NCBI GenBank assembly: GCA_963796275.1
Contig: CAWCKY010000001.1
Location: 1,184,001-1,248,000, forward strand
Direction: 5' to 3'
Source: an uncultured Acidobacteriota bacterium
Lineage (GTDB): Bacteria > Acidobacteriota > Blastocatellia > RBC074
Length of the DNA: 64,000 nucleotides
Shown here: positions 1 through 13,600 of the stretch, piece by piece
How positions within the stretch are numbered: position 1 is the first letter of the stretch
Layout: each line of letters starts with the position of its first letter
Translations under genes and position numbers: made by a program
The notes under the pieces: generated by a model
What the model was told of the DNA's origin: nothing
The model's input: only the letters and a program-made list of their open reading frames with translations
Databases searched by the model: none

Positions 1-2073
1 GGTTAGCATCGATATACTGCATCAGCCTGGCGTAGCACCAGCTAACTCCGCCGCCAGGGTGGATGCAAAATAGGGGAGGAAGGCTACCTTGAGATCTGAG
101 CGGTAGCATGACATCAAATGAATTTCGATCAGTAGGGTGGGACAATATCACTGCCAGGCCCGCCACAGTCGGAGCCTCGAACAGGCTGCGAATCGAGAGT
201 TCAACCCCGAGCATGGCGCGCACCCGGCTGGCTAGGCGTGCCCCCAACAATGAATGGCCGCCGAGTTCGAAGAAATTGTCATCAATTCCCACCCGCTCCA
301 GACCCAGCACCTCGGCAAACAATGCGCAGAGTAACTCTTCTTTGGGGTTGCGCGGCGCTCTCCAGATATCTGACGAGACGAACTCCGGTTCGGGCAGGGC
401 CTTGCGATCCAACTTTCCGTTGGGGGTCAACGGCAGTGCCTCCAACTGGACGATCGTTGCCGGCACCATATAGTCGGGCAGACGTTGGCCTAACTGCTGG
501 CGCAAGGCGCTGGAGTCAAGGCTGCGTCCCGGCGCTGGCACTACGTAACCAGCCAGTAGTATCTCTCCTGTACGATTCTCGCGCGCCACGACTACTGCCT
601 GAGCCACCTCCGGCAGCTCGCGCAGCGCCGCCTCGACCTCGCCCGGTTCGATGCGGAAGCCGCGGATCTTGACTTGCTGATCGGCTCGTCCGAGGAACTC
701 GAGGTTGCCATCGGGGCGCCATCTCGCCAGGTCTCCCGTCCGGTAAATTCGCGTACCAGGCTGCCCGTAAGGATCGGCCACAAATCGCTCGGCGGTCAGG
801 GCCGGGCGCTTCAGATATCCGCGTGCCATGCCCGCTCCTGCGACGTAGAGCTCTCCTGCGACTCCCACCGGCACGATTTGCAGGTCCTCGTCTAACACGT
901 ACATGCGCGTATTCCAGATTGGTTGCCCGATGGAAACTCGCTTCTCGGAGATAACTAACGTTTTCGAATCACTCCATGTCACATCTGCCGATACTTCCGA
1001 AGATCCATAGAGGTTTAGTAGCTGTCCCGAAGGCGCGAACTCCGCGAATCGTTGCGCCAGTTCCGGGGATAACCTCTCGCCGCTGCTTACCCAAAGCTTT
1101 ATTTCACTGGGACCTTGATGATTCTCGTAGTACTCCAGCAATACGCGAAGTTGAGAAGGTACAAGCACAAGCCTCGTCACCTTATGGTTAACGAGAATCT
1201 CGGTGAACTGCGTTGGATCCTTCATCACCAAGTCTGGAATGATTACGCACGGTATTCCGCGTAGCAATGGTCCAAATATCTCCCACATCGAGTCGAGGAA
1301 GTTCAGCGAAGTTTTCTGGCAGCAGACCTCATCTTCTCCAAATGGAAATACGTTCCACATCCAGTCGTAGCGGTTGATTGCCCCACGGTGCAACCCTAAT
1401 ACTCCTTTCGGCGGTCCGGTTGAACCTGAAGTATAGATCACATAGGCCAGGTTATCTCCGCATACATCGACTCCGGGATTCTCTGTCGCATCCTTCGCCT
1501 CTGCCTCCACGGTTGCAAGGTTGATTACCTCTAGCGCGCCATCCCCCAGACGCTCGCCCAGCAACGGATTGCTGATTACTATTCTCACTCCGCTATCTTT
1601 CACCATGTAAAGCAAGCGCGATAGCGGATACTCGGGATCAAGCGGCAGATATGCTCCGCCGGCCTTCAGAATCCCCAGGAGGGCGGTTACCATATCTATC
1701 CCGCGCTCCAAACAGACTCCCACCACATCATCCCGCCCCACACCTCGCCCGCGCAGGTAATGCGCCAGGCGATTAGCGCGCAGGTTCAAATCTCGATAGG
1801 TGATCTCCTCGCTCCCACTAACAATTGCCACCGCCCCAGGCGATCTTCGGACCTGCTCCTCAAACAGTTCCACCGCTGTCGTCTCCGGCACCTCCCGCCG
1901 CGTCTGATTCCACTCCTCCAGTATCTGGATGCGCTCCTGCTCTCCCAGCAGGTCGATGCCTGCAATCATCTGTTGGGCATCGCTCACCATCGCCTCCAGC
2001 ACCCGCGCGCAATGCCGCCCCATCTGCTCAATCCTCCAGCGGTCAAAGAGCTCGCGGTTGTAGAGCCACGACG
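1..2073 (-). CDS. NRPS-2, 3' segment after frameshift: end of C10, A10 (beta-alanine-like), T10, start of thioesterase; runs off window edge
   Basis: Not in the ORF track because there is no stop in the window. Manual minus-strand translation gives [11 protein letters not shown]...[18 protein letters not shown]...WVSSGE...[13 protein letters not shown], then [16 protein letters not shown], then TE-like [20 protein letters not shown] at about 1-110. Confidence 0.9.
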
Positions 2074-5000
2074 AGCATGATCTCTCCATCTTCTTCCCAG
2101 GCGTACATCTCCAGATCGAAGCGTACTTGCAGCTGGTCTCCCGCCAGCTGCTCTATCTCCAGCCCCTTCATCCGCTCGGCCACCTGCGGCGCATTCTGCA
2201 GGGCAAAAATCACCTGGAAGATGGGCGTCGTGTCCAGACTCCGCTGCGGGGAGAGCTCCTCCACCAGCCGCTCGAAAGGCACATCCTGATGCTCATAGGC
2301 CTCCAGCGCTACCCGCCGCGCCTCACTCACCAACTCTTCGACGCTCTTCTCTCCATTGACACTCACTCTCATCACCAGCGTGTTGACGAAGAATCCGATC
2401 ATCTCCTCCAACTGCGCCTCCTGCCGGTTGGCGATCGGCGATCCCACCACGATCTCTTCCTGCCCGCTGTAGCGTTCCAGCAGCAGGGCGAAGCCCGCCA
2501 GCAGCGTCATATAGAGAGTCGCCTGTTGGCTCTGGCTGAGGCGCTTCAAGCCATCGACCTGCTGACCGCTCAGGATCATCTGAGAGAATTCGCCCTGGAA
2601 GGTCTGCACCGGTGGTCGCACTCTATCGGTCGGCAACTCGAGCCGCTCGGGAATCCCGGCCAGCTGCTGCTTCCAGTAGGCGAGCTCTGCTTGAAGCCTC
2701 TCCTGCTCCAGCCACTGTCTCTGCCAGAGGGCGAAGTCGGCGTACTGGACGCTCAGCGGCTTGAGCGGATTCTCGCGCCCCTGACAGAAGGCCTCGTAGA
2801 GCTGAGTGAACTCGCGGTTGAAGACTCCCTCCGACCAGCCGTCGGAGACGATGTGGTGCATGGTGCGCAAAAGGATATGATCGCGCTCTCCCAGTTTGAG
2901 CAGATTCACCCGCAGCAGCGGTCCGCGAGCCAGATCGAAGGGGCAGCTCACTTGCTCCCGCAGGCGAGCCGTCACCCGCGTTTGTTGCTCTTGCTCATCC
3001 AGTTGGCTCAAGTCATCCACGGGAATCTCGATCCACAACTCCGGCTCGATGATTTGGATGGGCGCTCCCTCTATCTCGTCAAAGTGTGTGCGCAGAGTCT
3101 CGTGGCGGGAGATGATGGTGTTGATAGTTTGCTCCAGCGCCTGGCGGTGGAGTTCTCCTCTCAGCCGGAGAGCCACAGGCATGTTGTATTCTGTGCTGTT
3201 TTCAGCCAGGCGGTCGAGAAACCAGAGGCGCTGCTGGGCATAGGAGAGGGGCAGACGCTCGGGCCGCTGCTGCTGCACAAGTGGAGGGCGTCCCGTCCCG
3301 GACTCTCTCAGCCGCGAGCTGAGTTGGGCAACAGAGGGCGACTCAAAGAGGGTGCGAATGGCCAGTTCCGCTCCCAGCGCGGCGCGCACTCGGCTGACCA
3401 GGCGCGTTGCCAACAGCGAGTGGCCGCCGAGGTCGAAGAAGTTGTCATCAATTCCCACCCGCTCCAGACCAAGCACCTCGGCGAACAATGAGCAGAGAAT
3501 CTCCTCTTCGGGACTGCGCGGCGCCCTCCAGACGGAGGTCGATATCATCTCCGGCTCGGGCAAGGCCTTGCGATCCAGTTTTCCATTGGGAGTCAACGGC
3601 AGGGCTTGCAACTCGACGATGGCTGCCGGCACCATATAGTCGGGCAGCCGTTGCGACAACTGCTGGCGCAACGCACTGGGGTCAATGCTGCGTCCTGGCG
3701 CTGGCACCACATAGCCGGCCAGCAATTTCCCTCCCATACGATTCTCGCACGCCACCACTACTGCCTGGGCGATCTCCGGCAGCTCGCGCAGCGCCGCCTC
3801 GATCTCGCCCGGCTCGATGCGGAAGCCGCGAATCTTGACCTGGTGGTCAATGCGACCCAGAAAATGAATACTGCCATCTGGCAGGTAGCATCCCAGGTCC
3901 CCTGTCTTATATAGCCTCTGATAGTAAGCATTTCGGTGATCCAGATTTTGCTTTGAAGCTTTAGAACCGTAAAAGCTCCAGACCTCATAATCCTGAACGC
4001 CATCTCTGCTCGCCACAACATATGGCAACCGGCAGATGTTTAATTCGTCTGCGCCAAGCTGATAAAGCATGCTTACTAACGTTTCCTTATCCTGCTCTAG
4101 ACTCTCTCCTGGTGTAATTCGGTTTTGGGTTGATGTGTATGTGATTGGACTTCCAATATCACCGTCGTCTATCGGGACGATAGGTAAGATTGTTTGTATC
4201 GCGAACCGCCCACCTTCTTTCAAGCTCTTAAACAGGTTCACCAGAAAGTTTTTAGGATTATCTAGACGATCAAGCGTTAAGGTCGAGATGACAAAGTCCT
4301 GAGATCTCTCCTCTACTCCGCATTCCTGTGAGAACATTCCTGGAGGTACGTCAACTTTCGCTGCCCGAACATTCAAATTCCTGCTTCTTGCTTTCTGCAC
4401 GAGAAACGGGCACAAATCCAAACCTAGCATCTGCGCTCCCATTTCTGACAATGCTTCAAGCACTTCCGCGTTACCGAAACAGAAATCTATCCCCTTAAGC
4501 CCGGCAAAGGTTTGATAAGGGAAGAGTAGCCTCAGTATATCCTGGTTGATTCCGCACGAGGCATAGCTGTCATTGGCCCCTTCCTGGAAATACCTGATGA
4601 ATCCATTGTAGGCAAACTCATCCCCGCAATAATTATCGATGAATCGTTTCGTGTTATCGATAAGATCGGGATCAAGCCCTTTAACTGACTCCAAAATGCG
4701 CTGGAATGGCGTGCGTTCAGCCGTACTGTTCTTACCATTATGGTCCCACCTCGTAAGATTATTATTGCCTCTGAATCTCTCTAGCATTTCGCGAACACTT
4801 TCTACTGATATGAACCCATGACTAATTTCGCTATGGGAGTAGTGATTAGAAATGAACTTAGCCGCTGTCGCCTGCGGCTGGTTTAGGTAACCTCGCGCTA
4901 TGCCGGCTCCTGTAAGGTATATCTCACCTGCTACCCCTATAGGGACCGGCCTCAATCTCTGGTCCAGAATGTATGACCTGGTATTGTCTATTGGATGGCC

Positions 5001-8000
5001 TATCGGCACATATCCCAATCTCTTCACCTTTTCACCTTCCACCTCCCACAAGTGCGAATAGACCGTATACTCAGTCGGCCCATATGCGTTGATGAATGTG
5101 CAGTGATTCGACCATTCCGCCGCCAATTCCACCGGACAACTCTCCCCCACCGAGACGATCGTCAGCCTCTCCGCATCTTCGATCCGCTCTGGATCAAGCT
5201 GCTTGAGTACGGATGGTACGAAGACTGCGACATTGATCCGCTGTCGATTAAGGAACTCCATCAACCTCTGAGGCTCCAGGTCGTCAGGCGCAGAGATGAC
5301 GAGCGTAGCGCCGTTGAGCAACGCCATAAAGGTTTCGCCGACGGCGCCGTCGAAGTTGTAGGAGAAGAACTGTGAGATACGGGATTGAGAAGATAGGTGG
5401 AAGATGCGGGCTTGCCACTTGGCGAGGTTGACGACACCGTGGTGCTCGACGGCGACACCTTTAGGAGTACCAGTGGAGCCGGAGGTGTAAATCATATACG
5501 CCAGGTTCTCGGCTGCAACACCACTTTTCGGCTCGCTCTCGTTTTGCTCGCTGATCATCTCCCTCTCCTCATCCAGCAACACTGTCCGTCCCCCATGCGC
5601 CGGCAGACGCTGCTCTAACACTTTCTGCGTCAGTACTACTCCGACTCTTGCATCATCCAGCAGATAGCTCAATCTATTCTGCGGTGAGTCCGGATCAAGT
5701 GGCAGATATGCTCCTCCAGTTTTGAGTATCCCCAGCAAACCTACAATCATCTCCACACTGCGTTCCAAACATATACCGACCCGCACTTCCGGCCCCACTC
5801 CGAAACGTTGCAGGTAATGCGCCAGGCGATTAGCGCGCAGGTTCAAATCTCGATAGGTGATCTCCTCGCTCCCACTAACAATTGCTACCGCCCCAGGCGA
5901 TCTTCGGACCTGCTCCTCAAACAGTTCCACCGCTGTCGTCTCCGGCACCTCCCGCCGCGTCTGATTCCACTCCTCCAGCATCTGCTTGCGCTCCTGCTCT
6001 CCCAGCAGGTCGATGCTTGCAATCTTTTGTTGCGCATCTCCCACCATCGCCTTCAGCACCCGCACGCAATGCCGCCCCATCTGCTCAATCCTCCAGCGGT
6101 CAAAGAGCTCGCGGTTGTAGAGCCACGACAGCATGATCTCTCCATCTTCTTCCCAGGCGTACATCTCCAGATCGAAGCGTACTTGCAGCTGGTCTCCCGC
6201 CAGCTGCTCTATCTCCAGCCCCTTCATCCGCTCGGCCACCTGCGGCGCATTCTGCAGGGCAAAAATCACCTGGAAGATGGGCGTCGTGTCCAGACTCCGC
6301 TGCGGGGAGAGCTCCTCCACCAGCCGCTCGAAAGGCACATCCTGATGCTCATAGGCCTCCAGCGCTACCCGCCGCGCCTCACTCACCAACTCCTCGACGC
6401 TCTTCTCTCCATTGACACTCACTCTCATCACCAGCGTGTTGACGAAGAATCCGATCATCTCCTCCAACTGCGCCTCCTGCCGGTTGGCGATCGGCGATCC
6501 CACCACGATCTCTTCCTGCCCGCTGTAGCGTTCCAGCAGCAGGGCGAAGCCCGCCAGCAGCGTCATATAGAGAGTCGCCTGTTGGCTCTGGCTGAGGCGC
6601 TTCAAGCCATCGACCTGCTGACCGCTCAGGATCATCTGAGAGAATTCGCCCTGGAAGGTCTGCACCGGTGGTCGCACTCTATCGGTCGGCAACTCGAGCC
6701 GCTCGGGAATCCCGGCCAGCTGCTGCTTCCAGTAGGCGAGCTCTGCTTGAAGCCTCTCCTGCTCCAGCCACTGTCTCTGCCAGAGGGCGAAGTCGGCGTA
6801 CTGGACGCTCAGCGGCTTGAGCGGATTCTCGCGCCCCTGACAGAAGGCCTCGTAGAGCTGAGTGAACTCGCGGTTGAAGACTCCCTCCGACCAGCCGTCG
6901 GAGACGATGTGGTGCATGGTGCGCAAAAGGATATGATCGCGCTCTCCCAGTTTGAGCAGATTCACCCGCAGCAGCGGTCCGCGAGTCAGATCGAAGGGGC
7001 AGCTCACTTGCTCCCGCAGGCGAGCCGTCACCCGCGTTTGTTGCTCTTGCTCATCCAGTTGGCTCAAGTCATCCACGGGAATCTCGATCCACAACTCCGG
7101 CTCGATTATTTGGATGGGCGCTCCCTCTATCTCGTCAAAGTGTGTGCGCAGAGTCTCGTGGCGGGAGATGATGGTGTTGATAGTTTGCTCCAGCGCCTGG
7201 CGGTGGAGTTCTCCTCTCAGCCGGAGAGCCACAGGCATGTTGTATTCTGTGCTGTTTTCAGCCAGGCGGTCGAGAAACCAGAGGCGCTGCTGGGCATAGG
7301 AGAGGGGCAGACGCCCGGGCCGCTGCTGCTGCACAAGTGGAGGGCGTCCCGTCCCGGACTCTCTCAGCCGCGAGCTGAGTTGGGCAACAGAGGGCGACTC
7401 AAAGAGGGTGCGAATGGCCAGTTCCGCTCCCAGCGCGGCGCGCACTCGGCTGACCAGGCGCGTGGCCAGCAACGAGTGGCCGCCGAGGTCGAAGAAGTTG
7501 TCGTCAATGCCGACCGATTCCAGACCGAGCACCTCGGCGAACAATGAGCAGAGAATCTCCTCCTGTGGTGTTCGGGCAGAGCGATAAGTTTTACCCTGCC
7601 ACTCGGGCTGGGGCAGGGCCTTGCGATCCAGTTTTCCATTGGGAGTCAGCGGCAGTGCTTGTAATTCGACGATGGCTGCCGGCACCATATAGTCGGGCAC
7701 TCGTTGCGCCAGGTGTTGGCGGAATGCGCTGGAGTCAATGTTGCGTCCTGGAGCTGGCACTACGTATCCCACCAGTCGCTTCTCTCCTGGAGTATCCTCG
7801 CGCGCAACCACCACTGCCTGAGCTACCTGCGGAAGCTCGCGCAGCGCCGCCTCGATCTCGCCCGGCTCGATGCGGAAGCCCCGTATCTTCACCTGCTGAT
7901 CGGCCCGCCCGAGGAACTCCAGATTCCCATCGGCCCGCCAGCGCGCCAGGTCTCCCGTCCGGTAGATACGCGTTCCAGGTTCGCCGTATGGGTCAGCCAC

Positions 8001-8309
8001 AAAGCGCTCGGCGGTCAAAGCTGTACGCTTCTGATATCCGCGCGCCAATCCTGGCCCAGCGATATAGAGCTCTCCTCCGACTCCCACCGGCGTCGGTCTC
8101 AGACTCCTGTCCAACACGTACACACGTGTGTTGCTGATCGGTTGCCCGATCGGTATCGTCTCTCCTTCTTTGATCTCCTCTCGACAAATTTCTCTAAAAG
8201 TCGCAAAAGTCGTCGTCTCTGTTGGTCCGTAGACGTGCAACAGACGCTCTGGCCCCTCTCGCTTGAGCACCTCCGCCACCCAAACGGGATCATACCTTCT
8301 CTCCGCCAA
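2043..8309 (-). CDS. NRPS-2, middle segment: A8 C-terminal half, T8, C9, A9 with inserted methyltransferase-like domain, T9, C10
   Basis: 2088-aa ORF with YGPTE, GELYIAG, TGDLAR, two GGHSLL PCP motifs and two [10 protein letters not shown] motifs. Both ends are frameshift artefacts (N-term MAERRY, C-term VVALQPRAL). Confidence 0.93.
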   Translation of the reverse strand: MAERRYDPVWVAEVLKREGPERLLHVYGPTETTTFATFREICREEIKEGETIPIGQPISNTRVYVLDRSLRPTPVGVGGELYIAGPGLARGYQKRTALTAERFVADPYGEPGTRIYRTGDLARWRADGNLEFLGRADQQVKIRGFRIEPGEIEAALRELPQVAQAVVVAREDTPGEKRLVGYVVPAPGRNIDSSAFRQHLAQRVPDYMVPAAIVELQALPLTPNGKLDRKALPQPEWQGKTYRSARTPQEEILCSLFAEVLGLESVGIDDNFFDLGGHSLLATRLVSRVRAALGAELAIRTLFESPSVAQLSSRLRESGTGRPPLVQQQRPGRLPLSYAQQRLWFLDRLAENSTEYNMPVALRLRGELHRQALEQTINTIISRHETLRTHFDEIEGAPIQIIEPELWIEIPVDDLSQLDEQEQQTRVTARLREQVSCPFDLTRGPLLRVNLLKLGERDHILLRTMHHIVSDGWSEGVFNREFTQLYEAFCQGRENPLKPLSVQYADFALWQRQWLEQERLQAELAYWKQQLAGIPERLELPTDRVRPPVQTFQGEFSQMILSGQQVDGLKRLSQSQQATLYMTLLAGFALLLERYSGQEEIVVGSPIANRQEAQLEEMIGFFVNTLVMRVSVNGEKSVEELVSEARRVALEAYEHQDVPFERLVEELSPQRSLDTTPIFQVIFALQNAPQVAERMKGLEIEQLAGDQLQVRFDLEMYAWEEDGEIMLSWLYNRELFDRWRIEQMGRHCVRVLKAMVGDAQQKIASIDLLGEQERKQMLEEWNQTRREVPETTAVELFEEQVRRSPGAVAIVSGSEEITYRDLNLRANRLAHYLQRFGVGPEVRVGICLERSVEMIVGLLGILKTGGAYLPLDPDSPQNRLSYLLDDARVGVVLTQKVLEQRLPAHGGRTVLLDEEREMISEQNESEPKSGVAAENLAYMIYTSGSTGTPKGVAVEHHGVVNLAKWQARIFHLSSQSRISQFFSYNFDGAVGETFMALLNGATLVISAPDDLEPQRLMEFLNRQRINVAVFVPSVLKQLDPERIEDAERLTIVSVGESCPVELAAEWSNHCTFINAYGPTEYTVYSHLWEVEGEKVKRLGYVPIGHPIDNTRSYILDQRLRPVPIGVAGEIYLTGAGIARGYLNQPQATAAKFISNHYSHSEISHGFISVESVREMLERFRGNNNLTRWDHNGKNSTAERTPFQRILESVKGLDPDLIDNTKRFIDNYCGDEFAYNGFIRYFQEGANDSYASCGINQDILRLLFPYQTFAGLKGIDFCFGNAEVLEALSEMGAQMLGLDLCPFLVQKARSRNLNVRAAKVDVPPGMFSQECGVEERSQDFVISTLTLDRLDNPKNFLVNLFKSLKEGGRFAIQTILPIVPIDDGDIGSPITYTSTQNRITPGESLEQDKETLVSMLYQLGADELNICRLPYVVASRDGVQDYEVWSFYGSKASKQNLDHRNAYYQRLYKTGDLGCYLPDGSIHFLGRIDHQVKIRGFRIEPGEIEAALRELPEIAQAVVVACENRMGGKLLAGYVVPAPGRSIDPSALRQQLSQRLPDYMVPAAIVELQALPLTPNGKLDRKALPEPEMISTSVWRAPRSPEEEILCSLFAEVLGLERVGIDDNFFDLGGHSLLATRLVSRVRAALGAELAIRTLFESPSVAQLSSRLRESGTGRPPLVQQQRPERLPLSYAQQRLWFLDRLAENSTEYNMPVALRLRGELHRQALEQTINTIISRHETLRTHFDEIEGAPIQIIEPELWIEIPVDDLSQLDEQEQQTRVTARLREQVSCPFDLARGPLLRVNLLKLGERDHILLRTMHHIVSDGWSEGVFNREFTQLYEAFCQGRENPLKPLSVQYADFALWQRQWLEQERLQAELAYWKQQLAGIPERLELPTDRVRPPVQTFQGEFSQMILSGQQVDGLKRLSQSQQATLYMTLLAGFALLLERYSGQEEIVVGSPIANRQEAQLEEMIGFFVNTLVMRVSVNGEKSVEELVSEARRVALEAYEHQDVPFERLVEELSPQRSLDTTPIFQVIFALQNAPQVAERMKGLEIEQLAGDQLQVRFDLEMYAWEEDGEIMLVVALQPRAL

Positions 8310-10602
8310 ATAAAACCTCCCGGCAACCTTTGAATGCCCTCGGTTCGGATCGTGCCACCTGGTTAAATAACGCAGTGGTCAGAAAGATCGTGTTAATCCC
8401 TTGTGTTATCAATGCCTCAGATAGCAACCGAGGTTGCAACAATAGATCGCGACTGATGCAATACAATCGCGCTCCATGCAGTAATGCGCCCCATATCTCA
8501 AAGGTCGCTGCATCAAATGAGATGGTCGATGCCTGAGCTATTACATCGGTCTCTCTAATCTCGACGTAGTTTGTTTGACAAACCAGTCGCACTACCCCCC
8601 GATGCGTAATCTCAATCCCTTTTGGCTCCCCGGTCGATCCGGAAGTATAGATCACATAGGCCAGGTTATTTCCGCATACATCGATTCCGGGATTCTCTGT
8701 CGCATTCTTCGCCTCTGCCTCCACTGTTGCAAGGTTGATTACCTCTAGCGCGCCATCCCCCAGACGCTCGCCCAGCAACGGATTGCTGATTACTACTCTC
8801 ACTCCGCTATCTTTCACCATGTAAAGCAAGCGCGATAGCGGATACTCGGGATCAAGCGGCAGATATGCTCCGCCGGCCTTCAGAATCCCCAGGAGGGCGG
8901 TTACCATATCTATCCCGCGCTCCAAACAGACTCCCACCACATTATCCCGCCCCACACCTCGCCCGCGCAGGTAATGCGCCAGGCGATTAGCGCGCAGGTT
9001 CAAATCTCGATAGGTGATCTCCTCGCTCCCACTAACAATTGCCACCGCCCCAGGCGATCTTCGGACCTGCTCCTCAAACAGTTCCACCGCTGTCGTCTCC
9101 GGCACCTCCCGCCGCGTCTGATTCCACTCCTCCAGTATCTGGATGCGCTCCTGCTCTCCCAGCAGGTCGATGCTTGCAATCATCTGTTGGGCATCGCTCA
9201 CCATCGCCTCCAGCACCCGCACGCAATGCCGCCCCATCTGCTCAATCCTCCAGCGGTCAAAGAGCTCGCGGTTGTAGAGCCACGACAGCATGATCTCTCC
9301 ATCTTCTTCCCAGGCGTACATCTCCAGATCGAAGCGTACTTGCAGCTGGTCTCCCGCCAGCTGCTCTATCTCCAGCCCCTTCATCCGCTCGGCCACCTGC
9401 GGCGCATTCTGCAGGGCAAAAATCACCTGGAAGATGGGCGTCGTGTCCAGACTCCGCTGCGGGGAGAGCTCCTCCACCAGCCGCTCGAAAGGCACATCCT
9501 GATGCTCATAGGCCTCCAGCGCTACCCGCCGCGCCTCACTCACCAACTCCTCGACGCTCTTCTCTCCATTGACCCTCATCCTCATCACCAGCGTGTTGAC
9601 GAAGAATCCGATCATCTCCTCCAACTGCGCCTCCTGACGGTTGGCGATCGGCGATCCCACCACGATCTCTTCCTGCCCGCTGTAGCGTTCCAGCAGCAGG
9701 GCGAAGCCCGCCAGCAGCGTCATATAGAGAGTCGCCTGTTGGCTCTGGCTGAGGCGTTTCAAGCCATCGACCTGCTGACCGCTCAGGATCATCTGAGAGA
9801 TTTCGCTCTGGAAGGTCTGCACTGGTGGTCGCACTCTATCGGTCGGCAACTCGAGCCGCTCGGGAATCCCGGCCAGCTGCTGCTTCCAGTAGGCGAGCTC
9901 TGCTTGAAGCCTCTCCTGCTCCAGCCACTGTCTCTGCCAGAGGGCGAAGTCGGCGTACTGGACGCTCAGCGGCTTGAGCGGATTCTCGCGCCCCTGACAG
10001 AAGGCCTCGTAGAGCTGCGTGAACTCGTGGTTGAAGACTCCCTCCGACCAGCCGTCGGAGACGATGTGGTGCATGGTGCGCAAAAGGATATGATCGCGCT
10101 CTCCCAGTTTGAGCAGATTCACCCGCAGCAGCGGTCCGCGAGTCAGATCGAAGGGGCAGCTCACTTGCTCCCGCAGGCGAGCCGTCACCCGCGTTTGTTG
10201 CTCTTGCTCATCCAGTTGGCTCAAGTCATCCACGGGAATCTCGATCCACAACTCCGGCTCGATGATTTGGATGGGCGCTCCCTCTATCTCGTCAAAGTGT
10301 GTGCGCAGAGTCTCGTGGCGGGAGATGATGGTGTTGATAGTTTGCTCCAGCGCCTGGCGGTGGAGTTCTCCTCTCAGCCGGAGAGCCACAGGCATGTTGT
10401 ATTCGCTGCTGTTTCCAGCCAGGCGGTCGAGAAACCAGAGGCGCTGCTGGGCATAGGAGAGGGGTAGGTGCTGCGGACGAGGCAACGAACCAATTCGCTG
10501 CAGATTATTGACTTCAATAGTTTCACCACGGAGTCGCTTCTCCAGGAGTAGCTGCTTGGTAGGTGAAAGCTTTGTCTTGCGCTCTAGCAAAGAACGTTTC
10601 AT
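8290..10602 (-). CDS. NRPS-2, 5' segment: docking-like N-terminus, C8, A8 N-terminal half (Ile-type)
   Basis: 770-aa ORF with N-terminal [13 protein letters not shown] helix, [20 protein letters not shown] and FDAATFE. It stops at GGEKV* where the A3 paralog continues GGEKLDSGW. Confidence 0.92.
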   Translation of the reverse strand: MKRSLLERKTKLSPTKQLLLEKRLRGETIEVNNLQRIGSLPRPQHLPLSYAQQRLWFLDRLAGNSSEYNMPVALRLRGELHRQALEQTINTIISRHETLRTHFDEIEGAPIQIIEPELWIEIPVDDLSQLDEQEQQTRVTARLREQVSCPFDLTRGPLLRVNLLKLGERDHILLRTMHHIVSDGWSEGVFNHEFTQLYEAFCQGRENPLKPLSVQYADFALWQRQWLEQERLQAELAYWKQQLAGIPERLELPTDRVRPPVQTFQSEISQMILSGQQVDGLKRLSQSQQATLYMTLLAGFALLLERYSGQEEIVVGSPIANRQEAQLEEMIGFFVNTLVMRMRVNGEKSVEELVSEARRVALEAYEHQDVPFERLVEELSPQRSLDTTPIFQVIFALQNAPQVAERMKGLEIEQLAGDQLQVRFDLEMYAWEEDGEIMLSWLYNRELFDRWRIEQMGRHCVRVLEAMVSDAQQMIASIDLLGEQERIQILEEWNQTRREVPETTAVELFEEQVRRSPGAVAIVSGSEEITYRDLNLRANRLAHYLRGRGVGRDNVVGVCLERGIDMVTALLGILKAGGAYLPLDPEYPLSRLLYMVKDSGVRVVISNPLLGERLGDGALEVINLATVEAEAKNATENPGIDVCGNNLAYVIYTSGSTGEPKGIEITHRGVVRLVCQTNYVEIRETDVIAQASTISFDAATFEIWGALLHGARLYCISRDLLLQPRLLSEALITQGINTIFLTTALFNQVARSEPRAFKGCREVLFGGEKV

Positions 10603-10659
10603 GCTCGGTAGTTCAGCTCCGTGTTGTTATCAATGTTATTTAACGCAGTCGCTCACAGT

Positions 10660-13600
10660 TTAATGAATGCCTGCTGCCTCTGGGCTCTGTTCGATTTCAT
10701 CCAATATTCTCTCTTCGATGATGTCTGCTAACTGTTCAGCGGTTGGCGATCCAAATAGAGTACGGATGGAGAGTTCAACTCCCAGCGTGGCGCGTATCCG
10801 GCTGGCTAGGCGCGTTGCCAACAGCGAGTGGCCCCCGAGTTCGAAGAAGTTGTCGTCAATGCCGACCGATTCCAGACCGAGCACCTCGGCGAACAATGAG
10901 CAGAGAATCTCCTCCTGTGGTGTTCGGGCAGAGCGATAAGCTTTACCCTGCCACTCAGGCTGGGGCAGGGCATTGCGATCCAGCTTCCCGTTCGGCGTCA
11001 GCGGCAGCGCTTCCATCTCGACGATCGCCGCCGGCACCATATAGTCGGGCAACCGTTGCGCCAGGTGCTGGCGGAATGCGCTAGAGTCAATGCTGCGCCC
11101 TGGGGCTGGCACTACGTATCCCACCAGGCGCTTCTCCCCCGGAATATCTGCGCGCGCAACCACCACTGCCTGAGCCACTTCCGGCAGCTCGCGCAGGGCA
11201 GACTCGATCTCGCCCGGCTCGATGCGGAAGCCGCGAATCTTGATCTGCTGATCGGCCCGTCCCAGGAACTCCAGATTTCCATCACTCCGCCATCTCGCAA
11301 GGTCTCCCGTCCGGTACATTCTCGCTCCCGCCTCTTTACTATAGGGATTGGCGACGAAGCGCTCTGCGCTTAAATCCGCCCGCTTCAGGTATCCGCGTGC
11401 AAGTCCTTCGCCTGCGATGTACAGCTCGCCACTTACCCCAATCGGCACCACGTTCAGATTTGAATCGAGAAGATAGCATGTTGTGTTGGCTATCGGATGG
11501 CCCAGTGATACTGAGCTTGTCACCGAAGTTACGCGCATCGCGGTCGACCAGATGGTCGTCTCTGTAGGCCCATACAGATTGTAAACAGAGCCATGCCAGC
11601 CAAGCATCCGCTCCGCCAGCTCGGGCGGAAAAGCTTCGCCACCACACAACATCTTCAGGCCCTGATCTCCTGGCCAGCCGCTGTCAGCCAATATCCTCCA
11701 GGTTGCAGGCGTCGCTTGCATGACGGTTGCACCTGATTGGCGCAATTCCTCTGCCAGCTGATGTCCGTCGGCAGCTACTTCGCGGCTGACGATTATGCAC
11801 TTCGCGCCAATGATCAGAGGTAGGTACAATTCCAGCCCGGCAATGTCGAAGGATAAAGAGGTAAGCGCAAGTAATATTTCATCGGTGCGGAAATCGAGCT
11901 CCTGACTCATCGATGCCAGGAAATTTGTGCAAGCCTGATGAGAAATCATTACCCCCTTGGGTCGGCCCGTAGAACCGGAGGTATAGATAACATAGGCTGG
12001 ATTTTCTGACCTCAGAGGCCGGATTTGCCGCTGGTCTGTTGGATTGCAGGTCGGGCTCCGATCTAATGCCGCAACCATCCCCGGATGATCGAGCAGCAGT
12101 TGGCGCTGATTCTCAGGCAAGCGCCCACCAGTCTCCCGCATCGTGATCACGCAGGCGGGCTCGGCATCCTCAAGCATCAAGGCGAGGCGCTCGGCCGGAT
12201 AGTCCGGGTCGATCGGCAGATAGGCCGCTCCTGCCTTCAAAATACCCAGCAGCGCGACGATCATCTCCGGCGACCGCGGCAGGGCCAGCGCCACCACATC
12301 CTCCGGCCCAACTCCCTCACCGATCAGCAGGTGCGCCAATCGATTGGCTCGCTCGTTCAACTCTCGGTAGGTCAGCTCCTGCTCCTGATAGATCACCGCC
12401 ACCGCTCCGGGCGATCTTCGGACCTGCTCTTCAAACAGCTCTACCAGCGTCGCCTCTGGCACCTCTCGCCGTGTCTGGTTCCATTCCTCCAGTATCTGCC
12501 CGCGCTCCTCGGCTGTGAGCATATCTAATCGCCCGATCCGCTCTTTCGGATCAGCCAACACCGCCTCCAACACCCGCAGATAGTGGCGTCCCATCTGCTC
12601 CATCCTCCACCCATCAAACAAATCCCTATTGTAGAGCCACGCGATCTGAATCTCTCCCTCGCTCTCCCATGCGTGCACCTCCAGGTCGAAGCGCACTCGC
12701 AGCTCGTCTCCCATTACCTCCTCCACCTCCAGCCCCTTCACCCGCTCGACCACTTGCGGCGCATTCTGCAGGGCGAAGACCACCTGGTAGATGGGCGTCG
12801 TGTTCAGACTCCGCTGCGGAGAGAGCTCCTCCACCAGCCGCTCGAAGGGCACGTCCTGATGCTCATAGGCCTCCAGCGCAACTCGCCTCACCTCTCCCAT
12901 CAGCTCCTCGAAGCTCATCTCCCCATTGACCCTCATCCTCATCACCAGCGTGTTGACGAAGAATCCGATCATCTCCTCCAACTGCGCCTCCTGCCGGTTG
13001 GCGATCGGCGATCCCACCACGATCTCTTCCTGCCCGCTGTAGCGGCTCAGCACTACTCCGAAGGCGCCGAGCATGCTCATATAGAGGGTCGCCTGACCAG
13101 TCTGGCTCACCATCCGCAATCCCGCCGTCTGCTCCCGGTTCAACTTCATCTGACAGAGCTCGGCTTCATAGGTCTGCACCGGAGGCCGCACTCTATCGGT
13201 CGGTAACTCCAGTCGCTCGGGAATCCCGGCCAACTGCTCTTTCCAGTAGGCGAGCCCTCCTTGAAGCCCCTCCTGCTCCAGCCACTGCCTCTGCCACAAG
13301 GCGAAGTCGGCATACTGCACCGCCAGGGGCCGCAGCGGATTCTCTCTCCCCTCGCAGAACGCCTGGTAGAGCAGGGTCAACTCCTGATTGAAGACCCCCT
13401 CCGACCAACCGTCAGATGCGATGTGATGCATCGTCCTGATCAGGATGTGATCGCGCTCGGCCAGCTTGAGCAGCTTGATTCGCAGCAGCGGCCCGCGCCC
13501 CAGGTCAAAGGGCTGCCCGCCTTCCTCCCGCAGCGCGTCAATCACTCGAGCTTCTCGTTGCTTCCGGTGGAGCCCGCCCAGGTCTTCCACCCGAAGCTCG

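Noticed and set aside
8280-8310. Programmed ribosomal frameshift joining the NRPS-2 segments
   Set aside because: No slippery heptamer or homopolymer at either break; paralog comparison shows simple one-base insertions.
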